From Balanoglossus misakiensis (lineage: Eukaryota; Animalia; Hemichordata), in the NCBI GenBank assembly GCA_040954595.2, contig CM082579.2, positions 11,583,625 through 11,647,624 of the forward strand: a stretch of DNA of 64,000 nucleotides, in the 5' to 3' direction. The notes under the pieces were generated by a model. The model searched no databases and was not told the DNA's origin. It saw nothing but the letters and a program-made list of their open reading frames with translations. Each line of letters opens with the position of its first letter. Position 1 is the stretch's first letter. Made by a program: the position numbers and the translations under genes. This document shows, in pieces, positions 24,601 through 33,870 of the stretch.

Positions 24601-27103
24601 GTTTGTGACAAATAGTCTGTCACGGTATTCTCAAGGATTTCTATTTATCATTACAGTTGACGTCTAAACACCCATCGAAATGTTACTTACACGCAGGTAA
24701 AACCTGACATCAACCGACGGTGTTTAGTGTTAGTAGTCCTGTTTCAAAATGACCTACATTACAGGTCCTATGCACACGTATTACATGTTCTGATTGGTTT
24801 ATCCGCCTATAACATTGTTAATTAAAGTCTAACTGAAGCGAAGAATGCATAATATTGTTGGAGGATGCGATGACATTTGGGACAAGTGATCAGTTTCTTC
24901 TTGGCGTTCAAATTTGCAAGTGAAAACGTTGCTGCCTCCATCATTAAATGTTCTGAAACATCGTGACATAAAGAAAATGATTGGACACAATTTTGTATTT
25001 AAGTAGCTCTACTTCTATCTTTTCCCGCCTAAAATATTGGTTTGTGACAAATAGTCTGTCACGGTATTCTCAAGGATTTCTATTTATCATTACAGTTGAC
25101 GTCTAAACACCCATCGAAATGTTACTTACACGCAGGTAAAACCTGACATCAACCGACGGTGTTTAGTGTTAGTAGTCCTGTTTCAAAATGACCTACATTA
25201 CAGGTCCTATGCACACGTATTACATGTTCTGATTGGTTTATCCGCTTCTCTAAGGTCCACTTGCGGCTCGCTGATTGGAGGGACCTTATGTGTTAGGTCT
25301 TATTACTATGTATTATTCACCAGACCTTGTAGGTTAGGTCTTATTACTATGCATTATTCACTTTACAGCTCCCTGATTGGTTAATGTGTAGGTCTGGTCC
25401 TCCAGTGTTCACTGCCTCATTATGTAGGACCTTGTAGGTTAGGTCTTATTAATATGTATTTATTCACCATACAGCTCCCTGATTGGTTAACGTGTCAGTC
25501 TGGTCCCCCCAGTGTTCACTGCCTCATTGTGAAATGTCCCATGTGCTTCCTGGCTAGCGTTGTGGTAACACATTATTCGGGGTGTCCGCAGATCGTTCAT
25601 TGATTTTCTGAGAAATAGCCTGACTGATACTATCTCCAACATAAACCGCACCCTGGAAAGATTAAATGATCTTTTAGGTGGACTTTGAAAATCTGATTAA
25701 CTCATCTAAGCATTTTTGCTAACAGTTGTATATTTTTTTAATCACCCTCCTACTTCTCATCATCAATATTATTATTGTTGTTTTACTATTTTAAAGTAAA
25801 TATGTTTTGACGAACATGTTGTGATAAGGAGCACGTTGTCCGTTTATACATTCGTATATTGTTTTCATAAAAATGGAACTATGACGGTGCAGCTTCGTGA
25901 AAGAAGTTCAATAAAAGTAATCATACCTGTAAAGCAACTAATGAGGTATCCCAATTAAAGAAATGCAATGCTATTCTAAACATTTCTATTTTTGGTTTGC
26001 TCGAATGAATAGCACACACTTCGTATTCAGCCAGGTGTTACACGAAGTGATGCGCTGAAAGGCATTACGTAACAAAACACTAGCCCATTTCAACAAACCG
26101 CCACTGGAAATAAAATACGAAATTTCTCCTGACAACAATCTAGTTCACAGTATCACATAAAATGCCATGAATAGTGAAGGAAAAGGTGAAATCCAATCAT
26201 TATATGAGTGCCTTTCTTTATACACTGGGATCGAGCTTCGACAACGCGCAGGCAGCATGGCAGACAGAATACGACAACTGTATTCAGAAAGTACAAAAGA
26301 CTTTGCATAACGAGGCAGTGAAAATTGGCGACCTACACATTAACCAATCAGGGAGCTGAAAATTGAATAAATGCATGTTAATAAGACCTAACCTATAAGG
26401 TCTAGTGAATAAATACATATTAATAAGACCTAACCTACAAGGTCCTGTATAATGAGGCAGTGAACACATGGGGGACCAGACTAACACGTTAACCAATCAG
26501 GGAGCTGTATGGTGAATAAATACATATTAATAAGACCTAACCTACAAGGTCCTGCATAATGAGGCAGTGAACACATGGGGGACCAGACTAACACGTTAAC
26601 CAATCAGGGAGCTGTATGGTGAATAAATACATATTAATAAGACCTAACCTACAAGGTCCTGCATAATGAGGCAGTGAACACTGGAGGACCAGACCTACAC
26701 ATTAACCAATCAGGGAGCTCTAAAGTGAATAATACATAGTAATAAGACCTAAGCTACAAGGTCTAGTGAATAATACATAGTAATAAGACCTAACCTACAA
26801 GGTCCCTCCAATCAGCGAGCCGCAAGTGGACCTAAGATTACCAGATCGACCAATCACAGATGTCGGTACTTATGTCTTGGACCTGACTTATGAAACAGGA
26901 CTAGTAGATCATTGAAATAAATGTCAAGATAGTGTCACTAAGGTATAGTTCGTGTTAATAGTTCTAGTCTTGCTTCCAAGTCACTTTTCTCATTCATGAA
27001 CTATTTCTCCCTGCAATATCTTTGCGTTCAAGTTGCCATACCGGTAAGCCGCTGGATGAGCGGCACGCCTTCCTGTAGCGTCTTGCCAATCCTCGTCGTC
27101 CAT
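1..27103 (-). CDS. RNF213: RNF213 (mysterin)-like giant AAA+ ATPase / E3 ubiquitin ligase, spliced gene, 5' half (3' part lies beyond base 1)
   Basis: 40 phase-compatible exons: 27042-27103 (putative first), 23506-23739, 23190-23386, 22771-23024, 22090-22358, 21534-21764, 20825-21023, 20266-20321, 19197-19509, 18371-18469, 17768-17884, 16968-17175, 16018-16323, 14786-15375, 14067-14223, 13465-13682, 12681-12824, 12070-12261, 10952-11796, 10554-10684, 10021-10101, 9749-9855, 9484-9622, 8976-9177, 7985-8231, 7373-7516, 6998-7112, 6466-6637, 5841-6015, 5582-5694, 4980-5171, 4273-4395, 3689-3803, 3241-3479, 2280-2362, 2016-2149, 1724-1825, 1149-1283, 241-404, 1-62. RNF213 hallmark peptides: LPSADEVLLC, SGTGKS, HCGITNPSWAELRNF, DFATPS, PHPYIFFN, DPDPTYELTEDNVKKIMAIHMRFRCGIPVIVMGETGCGKTRL, LFFDEANTTEAIG, AACNPYRKH, LVYRVQPLPPSMLPLVWDFGQ, ECSFVSLRDVER, NIARNTAL. 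Confidence 0.93.
241..404 (-). CDS. RNF213: RNF213-like exon
   Basis: TRALVLALGVCYHACLQ; AG/GT borders. Confidence 0.9.
1149..1283 (-). CDS. RNF213: RNF213-like exon
   Basis: NECSFVSLRDVERAMNVMGWF. Confidence 0.9.
1724..1825 (-). CDS. RNF213: RNF213-like exon
   Basis: VISEVITASQSFMRNTK. Confidence 0.85.
2016..2149 (-). CDS. RNF213: RNF213-like exon
   Basis: GSIPMRHLVYRVQPLPPSMLPLVWDFGQ. Confidence 0.92.
2280..2362 (-). CDS. RNF213: RNF213-like exon
   Basis: HDKEMIERLETAGLGYYIKAEETIDKL. Confidence 0.9.
2652..2868. mobile_element. MITE with ~23-bp imperfect TIRs and TTAA target duplication (Kolobok-type ends)
   Basis: ttaa|aggaatgggtcgtggcgccgcgt ... acgcggcgcgacgacccttcact|ttaa. Confidence 0.7.
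3241..3479 (-). CDS. RNF213: RNF213-like exon, AAA+ Walker B region
   Basis: VHGGTT...VLFFDEANTTEAIGIIKEIMCD...FVAACNPYR. Confidence 0.95.
3519..3637. repeat. (CATA)n-(CAGA)n compound microsatellite, intronic
   Basis: direct reading. Confidence 0.97.
3689..3803 (-). CDS. RNF213: RNF213-like exon, AAA+ Walker A
   Basis: CGIPVIVMGETGCGKTRLIKYMC. Confidence 0.95.
3889..4220. repeat. (TATG)n microsatellite, ~83 units, intronic
   Basis: direct reading. Confidence 0.98.
4273..4395 (-). CDS. RNF213: RNF213-like exon
   Basis: DPDPTYELTEDNVKKIMAIHMRF. Confidence 0.93.
4980..5171 (-). CDS. RNF213: RNF213-like exon
   Basis: PHPYIFFNNDHATLTLLGF. Confidence 0.92.
5582..5694 (-). CDS. RNF213: RNF213-like exon (ends at a GC donor)
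   Basis: DFATPSI...FQLRRTWEN; donor ag|gcaagt. Confidence 0.85.
5841..6015 (-). CDS. RNF213: RNF213-like exon
   Basis: HCGITNPSWAELRNF...GFKNFVVKFMIEMSK. Confidence 0.93.
6466..6637 (-). CDS. RNF213: RNF213-like exon
   Basis: SSDFQRSFQYLRGF...ECIEIFL. Confidence 0.9.
6998..7112 (-). CDS. RNF213: RNF213-like exon
   Basis: LLPIVNCRSPTEVL. Confidence 0.85.
7373..7516 (-). CDS. RNF213: RNF213-like exon
   Basis: LLFNLLVLGCISDTEGSIWRRHPLDLYVVE. Confidence 0.92.
7985..8231 (-). CDS. RNF213: RNF213-like exon, P-loop-like SGTGKS
   Basis: VVLSSDSGTGKSLLVKRM...IIHIDI. Confidence 0.92.
8976..9177 (-). CDS. RNF213: RNF213-like exon
   Basis: YRLLILCSKEREDRSYLVTAFDYHR. Confidence 0.88.
9484..9622 (-). 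CDS. RNF213: RNF213-like exon
   Basis: FWHRAL...IFCLAFADELDYEVS. Confidence 0.9.
9749..9855 (-). CDS. RNF213: RNF213-like exon
   Basis: PLPSADEVLLCNQHTTDEE. Confidence 0.92.
10021..10101 (-). CDS. RNF213: RNF213-like exon
   Basis: LGKPNLIVCPE. Confidence 0.88.
10554..10684 (-). CDS. RNF213: RNF213-like exon
   Basis: IWEEYL...YIGVDRLGRVLRYL. Confidence 0.85.
10952..11796 (-). CDS. RNF213: RNF213-like large exon containing a UBA-like segment
   Basis: YLALRVAGCAPFKTW...WLEYIAAKRLTFNELNLYTIEQILHLRREL; 845 nt, phase 0 to 2. Confidence 0.88.
12070..12261 (-). CDS. RNF213: RNF213-like exon
   Basis: YTFDDLNDLHSKLMLI...VDRFTE. Confidence 0.9.
12681..12824 (-). CDS. RNF213: RNF213-like exon
   Basis: HGSDEESSIQQASRINEMGQYII. 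Confidence 0.9.
13465..13682 (-). CDS. RNF213: RNF213-like exon
   Basis: GYAPLIFDL...LWETLKRDRLLPKKL. Confidence 0.92.
14067..14223 (-). CDS. RNF213: RNF213-like exon
   Basis: CLEVFVDCKDLVDWLRKE. Confidence 0.88.
14786..15375 (-). CDS. RNF213: RNF213-like exon
   Basis: 590-nt open exon; SGNVTLAEID...LKEKYNMTGDF. Confidence 0.88.
16018..16323 (-). CDS. RNF213: RNF213-like exon
   Basis: ILDGTILLSDAL; phase 1 to 1. Confidence 0.82.
16380..16724. mobile_element. MITE with ~90-bp TIRs and TTAA-like target duplication
   Basis: ttaa|agggacaaagtctctctcgctgccccttttccattaattatg ... cataattaatggaaaaggggcagcgagagagagtttgtccc|ttaa. Confidence 0.85.
16968..17175 (-). CDS. RNF213: RNF213-like exon
   Basis: RYGELVSRIIEMACP...VLSWESLL. 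Confidence 0.82.
17768..17884 (-). CDS. RNF213: RNF213-like exon
   Basis: LSKGQKIDLFC; clean AG/GT, phase 0 to 0. Confidence 0.75.
18371..18469 (-). CDS. RNF213: RNF213-like exon
   Basis: NAAWRVNVRSILSDRLQM; phase 0 to 0. Confidence 0.75.
19197..19509 (-). CDS. RNF213: RNF213-like exon
   Basis: open 313-nt exon, phase 2 to 0. Confidence 0.72.
20266..20321 (-). CDS. RNF213: RNF213-like small exon
   Basis: NIEKVLDQAIKHERSTPH; required for phase continuity. Confidence 0.65.
20425..20580 (+). repeat. Dispersed ~160-bp repeat family; other copies at 37441-37590 (+), 42120-42275 (-), 61941-62085 (+), partial 63457-63502
   Basis: shared core cagagtttatc...aacacgatgg...tgttgtttgtcctg...catgagaatgt...tacaaact...ggaaaatggt. 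Confidence 0.75.
20825..21023 (-). CDS. RNF213: RNF213-like exon
   Basis: LEPLFCLDYLLPRT. Confidence 0.8.
21534..21764 (-). CDS. RNF213: RNF213-like exon
   Basis: WLHGMPLLHFLRNDCQPF...WAGVAGI. Confidence 0.88.
21771..22012. repeat. ~120-bp segment plus (CATA)n, shared with the array at 59469-60270
   Basis: caagatatc..aaaagaaagaaaaatgactcaacggcgacaggcaaacgcaaaaaggcagagtcactgggagatagat... Confidence 0.9.
22090..22358 (-). CDS. RNF213: RNF213-like exon
   Basis: VLLQFWTPKL...RLVSAATMLYII. Confidence 0.78.
22771..23024 (-). CDS. RNF213: RNF213-like exon
   Basis: VWHQYDDIVY...MIPKWEGF. Confidence 0.85.
23190..23386 (-). CDS. RNF213: RNF213-like exon, CBM20-like C-half
   Basis: FEYKYFL...TEYI...ARKLKLP. 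Confidence 0.82.
23506..23739 (-). CDS. RNF213: RNF213-like exon, CBM20-like N-half
   Basis: LKIHFHVLLP...QLGGW...VEMK. Confidence 0.82.
24365..25245. repeat. Near-perfect tandem duplication, period 439 bp
   Basis: cgcctataacattgttaattaaagtc... begins at 24365 and again at 24804. Confidence 0.95.
25173..26903. mobile_element. Foldback-like non-autonomous DNA transposon: long inverted arms built from ~40/~117-bp subrepeats
   Basis: termini tagtcctgtttca ... tgaaacaggacta; arm 25253-25528 is the reverse complement of parts of 26310-26833 (aggtccacttgcggctcgctgattggagggacctt / aaggtccctccaatcagcgagccgcaagtggacct). Confidence 0.82.
27042..27103 (-). CDS. RNF213: Putative first coding exon of the RNF213-like gene
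   Basis: MDDEDWQDATGRRAAHPAAY-cg|gtatgg, phase 2, matches the next exon; acceptor tttgcag at 27169; upstream in-frame stop. Confidence 0.45.
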
Positions 27104-28628
27104 CTTCTAAGTCCGCAGAGATCCTTCACTGTAGTTCGACATTGGTAGCGAGACGCTATTGTTTGAAACTGCAAATATCAAAGAGCGGGTGAAATCAACA
27201 ATGGCATTGCATCGCAACTCAAAAATGGTATATATAATAGCGCATCGTCATCCTAGAAAGATATCACTTCGAGATGTAACGGGCTCAAAGTACAGAAACA
27301 TAAAGTAGGCTGGCTGTTTTGTCTGTTTTGTTGTCGCTTACAATGTTTTATTGATACTCAAAGCAAAAATACTGAGAAAATGGTCCAAATTTGGAATAAC
27401 CGGGGCTTTAAATGTATCTAAATTCATAGTTTGAGTAAACTTAAACCCCCACCGCTCGGTAGGGCCCTACCGAGCGAAAATCAATAAAATGTGGGCGTGG
27501 CTAAAGCTCTGACGCCACTATATATTGTTACAACAATTGACCTCAAATGGGCATCCCGTGCCCGCCAAAAGCAAACACCGATCCAGCTAGTTCTTACGTA
27601 CCCGCGGAACGTGTTGTCAGCTGAATCTATCGTGTCGACACGAATTATCAAGATAGCGGTCACTGAAGAGCAGGAGAAAGCACTGGCAATTTTCTCTGCC
27701 GAGCTTTCGGTCATCGACCGGCGGGGGCACATAAGTTCACCTGCTGCGACCGCGCGGGTTAGTACCGTGCGTGGTATCGGCTACCGGCGAGTTTGATGCG
27801 GGGGACACTGCCGGTCTATCGGATGCAGCAGCCGTCGAAGTAAACACCGTGTCCATGAGCACATCGGCTTCCGGAGATTCGGTCAACTCCTGTGAATTTT
27901 GTTTTTGTTCGCTATGTGTTACCACACATAGGCAGTCTTGGCTAGTCCGTGGTCTCTACCCGAATTTACCCGGTGTTTCTTACGTTGGGCATGAATATGG
28001 CACTGATGAGGCTTTCCCCTCTTCACTTTGTACGGTTGGTACACAAATACAAACGGTCCTTTTCAGGACCAACACAATTTCCAAGAAGAGAACTACCGAT
28101 TTTATGGATGTGTGCATGTTCATGTGTGATAAATTTGGTATGATCATATCCTCATTTTCAGGTCACGCACACTTTGCAATCAACGCCAAAATGTATCAAT
28201 GGTGCCCAATTTTGATTTGCATAATATGTCAATCACGCAGATTCAAACTGAACATCGTACCGATATACCGGTCATATCTTGGGGACAAAATGATTTCATC
28301 TTCGGTTTTCGAAAGTATTTTCAAATTGTATTGCACCAGAAACCGCGGATGTCGTGCTGAATAAACTCATGCACTCCTTTCTGAATTTAGAGACCAAAAA
28401 AATCATCGGTAGACCTAAATTTACTGTCTTTTATGGACAACGTCCGTTCTGTTGTTAGTGAGTTTGAATCTCCCACCATTATGCCAACTCTCGCGTGCTC
28501 TCGCGCTTTTATACGGGAGTTGGGGGTTTAAGGCACGACCGAGTATAGTATCGTGTCGTTACTTAGTGTCTCGGAAATTTATGGCTTATGGGGATTTGTA
28601 CTCTGTCTTCTATATGATGTATCTGGAT

Positions 28629-28900
28629 TTAAGGTAGTACACACCTCGAAAATAATAAAACGGGGTCACCGTGCAAAACTTTAAATGAGAGAGAAAAATT
28701 GTATCGAATTCGACATTCAAAATGGCCGACAATCTCTGTGTTTACTCTATACATGGATGGAGAAAAATTGAATGTCATTTTTAATATTTAAAAAAGACGG
28801 TGAGCACCATATTTTCTTCATCGTTTTCAAAAAGGGTCATCATATACTTTAGTATAGAAAAGACTGGAAAGGTTTGAAGGAGTAACATTTTTCTGAAAAT
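28629..28900. repeat. Fragment of a dispersed DNA-transposon-like repeat; related pieces at ~35200-35500 and ~44950-45120
   Basis: ttaaggtagtacacacctcgaaa...attcaaaatggccg.caatctctgtgtt.actct matches 44977-45010. Confidence 0.55.
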
Positions 28901-31803
28901 CCCCCCCCCCCCCCCTGGCGCGTACTAAACGTACCACGCATAAAAACATATCGCGCAGGTAGCATGCAGCGCCCCCGAAAAGCGTTGTATTTATAACGGT
29001 TAAACAATAATCGGAAAGAGCGTCCATATTGTGCCAATCAATTCTGGCGGTACGTTGCTTGGAGACCAGTCTGAACCAAGCCAATATTGAGAGCGTGACA
29101 AGGAGGCAAACACATAGTTCGTGTCGTCGCTCTCGGCGGAAACGTTTTTTTTTCGTTTACACTAAGTCTAAATGTACGGCCATATGATCGCAAGATATGA
29201 TAATAGTAGTAAGATTCATAGCAAGTGTATAATGGGAGCGACAAGTCACATAAGGGACTGTTTAATTAACAGTAAGAGCACACACCAAGAGTCTGGGTCG
29301 AAAAGTGTAGGCCGTACAATTTGGCGAGGTTTGACTGGAAAACCTCGCCCACTTGTCTGCACTACGATTGTCTGTATGGACCATTCTGGAAGATAGTGTA
29401 TGTCCGGAATTTGTTTTACTTCTGACAGACATGTAGTTGCCCTATTTTATTGATCATTAGGGTCAACAAGTACAGCCATCGTGGAAGAGCCAAAGGTTGT
29501 TTGTTATCGTTGATAACATTGTGCACAGTCCCTCTATTACAGGGACTGTGCACTGTGCGATACTAGTTCAGACAGCGACGCAATGCGTCGGATTTTGGGT
29601 TTAGCCCGCGGATGTCGAGGGAGACCGCGCCGTAGCATCAAGATGAGCGCTCGAGCTCACCGTAGGACGGCGGGTTAATCACGGTCCCTCTCACTTCGCG
29701 AAAATCGGAGTCCCGGCTATTCAGACAATTTCACCAGTAGTCTGATAATTAAGCAAAGTGAGGCCGTGTTTTGGGGTCGTTTCCAAGGATACCTGGCTCC
29801 GGGTCTTGATATTGCAATTTGACAGTGCGTGGGGGAAATTTGACCAGAGGGAGTATTTGCCATCAGTTTTCCAAAGAAATTGGCAAATTAACATTTGGTT
29901 CTTCGTGTGATGGATGTGAACAAGGGTACTGCTTGAAATGAAGAAAATATTCTGACCTAACGAAATGATGAAGCCTATTCATCATTCGTAAGCAAAGAAC
30001 TTGAATGTGGCAGATTAACAACAAGCTACATGCATTGCAATTCCTTAATTATAGTATGTAAATACGACACGATTTTTAATTGAGTTCGTGATTCACTTCC
30101 GAATATCATGAAAAAAGTTTTACTGGAGAAAACCACGGCCACGTGAGATAATAAATTGAAATTAACCTTAAGACATTAACCTTTTTTAACAGTAAGTGTT
30201 GCACAATGCTCAGACATGATCGATCTTGATAACACTTATAGATAAACCCAATGTTATTAGCAACCGCCATCATAGACAAACAATACACCCATCATGGATT
30301 TCAGCCAAAACTGAACTGAACAAATTGGCCCCATTCTGACAATGTGTTTGCAGGCCATTTTTGTTCATGACCCTCAACAGTGCCGATAATGAATGTACCT
30401 AAAGCATGGTTCCAACTTACACTAAGGGGCTCTGTGAACTTGCGATTGGTCCACAAGATGTTCAACCCAGTTCACATTGTCAATGATGACTGTTGACATG
30501 GCCACCGTGAGGGGCATATATGAAATGAGACACGGAACAATCACAAGACGCTGGTGGTATCCACCTGCTTTAAAGGGCTCACAATACCTTATTAATCGAA
30601 TGTACTAGAGATTGTCATATATATGCCAAATGAACAGACTGGGTCTTAAAGTATAGTGGTATATTTGATATTGCCGAAGTACATGTTTCTAGGCTAGCAT
30701 AAGATATAAGAAATGGACCGATTGGTAGCTGGTATGAGAAGCATGTGCGGAGCAATAATTATGACCAGAAGAGAAACTAACAATCATATCAGCTATGAAA
30801 TTTAAGAGAGTGGAAGAAACCAAATTTACACATGGCGATTCGATTAATTTGAAATTGCGCACCAGAAGAGCGCGCCAAAAACCGAGCCTGAATAAATATA
30901 ATTCAAGAATGCCATGATGAACAAACAAACAAACAAAAACAGTTTGGTATGTATGAAATAAAATGTCTACTCTCGCGATTTTAAAACCGTGCTGACCCCT
31001 ATCGGCCATTTCGAAAACAGGGTGGCTTCCACCACCGCATTGACCCACCCAGTTACAGAAATTGACATGTCCCTTAGCCTTAGTGTGTCTTCTTTCGTTT
31101 TAAATGGTTACCATAGATAACATCATCTAGTCGATAAGAGTTATGGTGTCATATTCTTATCGGCCAGAAAGATCACTCAAAGTGAAACGAAACGCAGAGA
31201 TCTATAGCCAATTTAAATAGTTGAAAATTATGTTTATTGGGTTGCAGTGTTCCATCGAAAACGGTAAAATGTACTATACGCGTAGCCTACTATACAAAAA
31301 ACATTAAAATTCAGACACGGATTTCCAACATTCGCTTTCCCCAATACAACATTCACAGTAGCATTTCAAGGTATCCGAAAACTCAATTTCTGATGGTCTA
31401 AAACACATTTTCAACCTGGGCACGCTATACTTTGAATGGCGGAAAATAGAGTCGGAAGTTGAAAATACGTTTGGATTTGGGTTGCGGATTCTACACCACA
31501 CGCATTCCAGGAATCCAACCTTTTCATTTGTTGAGGAAACTCATGCGTTTCCCAATTTTAAAGTAAATTTACCCAAAAGTTTTACGATAACCCTATTCCA
31601 CTATACCAGTCACAATATTACTAAAAGTGCATCAGTGAACAACTGCACGTCAATCATGATTTCTAATGAGAAATTGGGATGGAGAGAGACAGAGAAAAAG
31701 AGATATGGTTCCTACCTGTCAACGCTGTTCGTCACACGCGGAACTGACAAACCGTTAACCAGTACCCGGTACTGGTTCCACCGCAATTGTAATTTGAATA
31801 TCC

Positions 31804-33870
31804 GGATCGATGTAGATAACGAGTGGTTCGAACGTTAATACCTTTGACCTGGTCCGCCTTGTCATTTTGTGTGACGGTATATTGTTTCATGCCTGTGGCG
31901 TTATAGACACAGTCGTTCTTGTACACTTGTGGTCTCTCAATAATATACGAAATAATAAATGCAATATAATGTCAAAAAATTCCCGCGGGAAACCTCGAGC
32001 ACCAATCCTATTATAAGTATTACAAGAGGCATTTTTTGCGTTATTCTGGCCTAATGAACTCTTTATTATGAATTCATAGACAATACATTGCATTTCTTAC
32101 TTCAAGCAAGGTAATAGCAGGGTTCTGACTTTGGTCGATTAAACAGAGTGGATCCGATTTTCTCTCTAACCGAGGCCAACTTTAAGCTTAGGACGTCTTC
32201 GTTACGGGTACAGCACGACACAAATCTGAAAGGCGCGCGCATGCACAGCGTCCCGGCCGTTCCCAATGACATTGAACGCATACACACTGTCCTCGATAGG
32301 CATCGTCACAAAGTTCAAAATATCTCAGTTGTCTGATCTCCGAGACAGTCTTTAAGATTGATGTGTTCTCCACAATTGACGTCGTGACTGTAGGTATGTC
32401 GATAGAGGGTGCGTCCAGGATGTGATTGATATGTGGAGTCAATAATTGACGCAGAGTTTGAAATAGGGCGGCGTTGTCAAGGGAGACTGGAAGTTGTGCA
32501 TACATGTGTCAGTAGACTTGTTGGAAGTTACTGTATACATAAAACAAAGTTCACACAGTAAGTGCAGGTGACAAAAACCTATTTTTGTTTGTTTGCTTTA
32601 AATGAGAATACAGAACTACTACAGAGAAGGGCGGTTGGCAATTCTCTACACCTGAACTTACAATTTTATTTCTTACATTGATTCCGCCATTACGTTTCTA
32701 AAATATTATCCTTCCGAGGCAGGTTTATAACGTCTATGTCGAAAATATTGCACTTCATAAATAAAAACCTGATAAAATTCTAAGCGTACGATGCAAGTAG
32801 TCGGTCGCTTCTCAAACAAAAAAGCGCATGTTCTTCCTAAATAATATCAGATGTGATCATAATTGTTTTATTAAATCTCATTCGTTGATAACTGTAAACG
32901 TGTTGAAAAAAATAAGTAATAGAAATTAAACGATAGAGGGTCCAGGACTTGATCTAAACCAGCAGTCATAATGAAGGGGCAAATACCACATGGGCGTGTA
33001 TTCTTGTCTAGTCTGGACTCTCGAGCGAGCGAGTGTTGATATGGCTCTGTGTACAGGTGTGGATGGAAGCGAGTGCATGCTGTAAACGATCGCGCCCTAG
33101 CGAATAGAAGTACTGTGAATGTGAGGGCTCGCTATATGAGTAACTTTAAATACCCACTTGTCTTAAATACCATTCTCGGCCCATATAAAGTTGTTGAAAT
33201 AATTATTAATGTTATCTAACAATTACTCTTTCAAAACGACATTTTCCACTAGGCTCGCTAGCATGATACAAAATGATGACTACATTAACAGTACGAGATT
33301 TCGCACAAGCAACATGACAGGATCGATGTAGATAACGAGTGGTTCGAACGTTAATACCTTTGACCTGGTCCGCCTTGTCATTTTGTGTGACGGTATATTG
33401 TTTCATGCCTGTGGCGTTATAGACACAGTCGTTCTTGTACACGTGTGGTCTCTCAATAATATACGAAATAATAAATGCAATATAATGTCAAAAAATTCCC
33501 GCGGGAAACCTCGAGCACCAATCCTATTATAAATATTACAAGAGGCATGTTTTGCGTTATTCTGGCCTAATGAACTCTTTATTATGAATTCATAGACAAT
33601 ACATTGCATTTCTTACTTCAAGCAAGGTAATAGCAGGGTTCTGACTTTGGTCGATTAAACAGAGTGGATCCGATTTTCTCTCCAACCGAGGCCAACTTTA
33701 AGCTTAGGACGTCTTCGTTACGGGTACAGCACGACACCAATCTGAAAGGCGCGCGCATGCACAGCGTCCCGGCCGTTCCCAATGACATTGAACGCATACA
33801 CACTGTCCTCGATGGGCATCGTCACAAAGTTCAAAATATCTCAGTTGTCAGATCTCCGAGTCAGTCTTTA
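31804..33870. repeat. ~550-bp dispersed direct duplication (31804-32354 and 33320-33870); second copy flanked by 41-bp direct repeats
   Basis: copies differ by only a few substitutions; tacattaacagtacgagatttcgcacaagcaacatgacagg at 33281-33321 and 33869-33909. Confidence 0.93.

Noticed and set aside
25171-26905. Polinton/Maverick call from the AGTAGT left end
   Set aside because: The right end is ACTAGT rather than ACTACT, there is no 6-bp target duplication, and no polymerase or integrase remnants are visible.
27771-28364. 197-aa plus-strand ORF as an independent gene
   Set aside because: No recognisable domain, non-ATG start, and antisense to candidate RNF213 5' exons.
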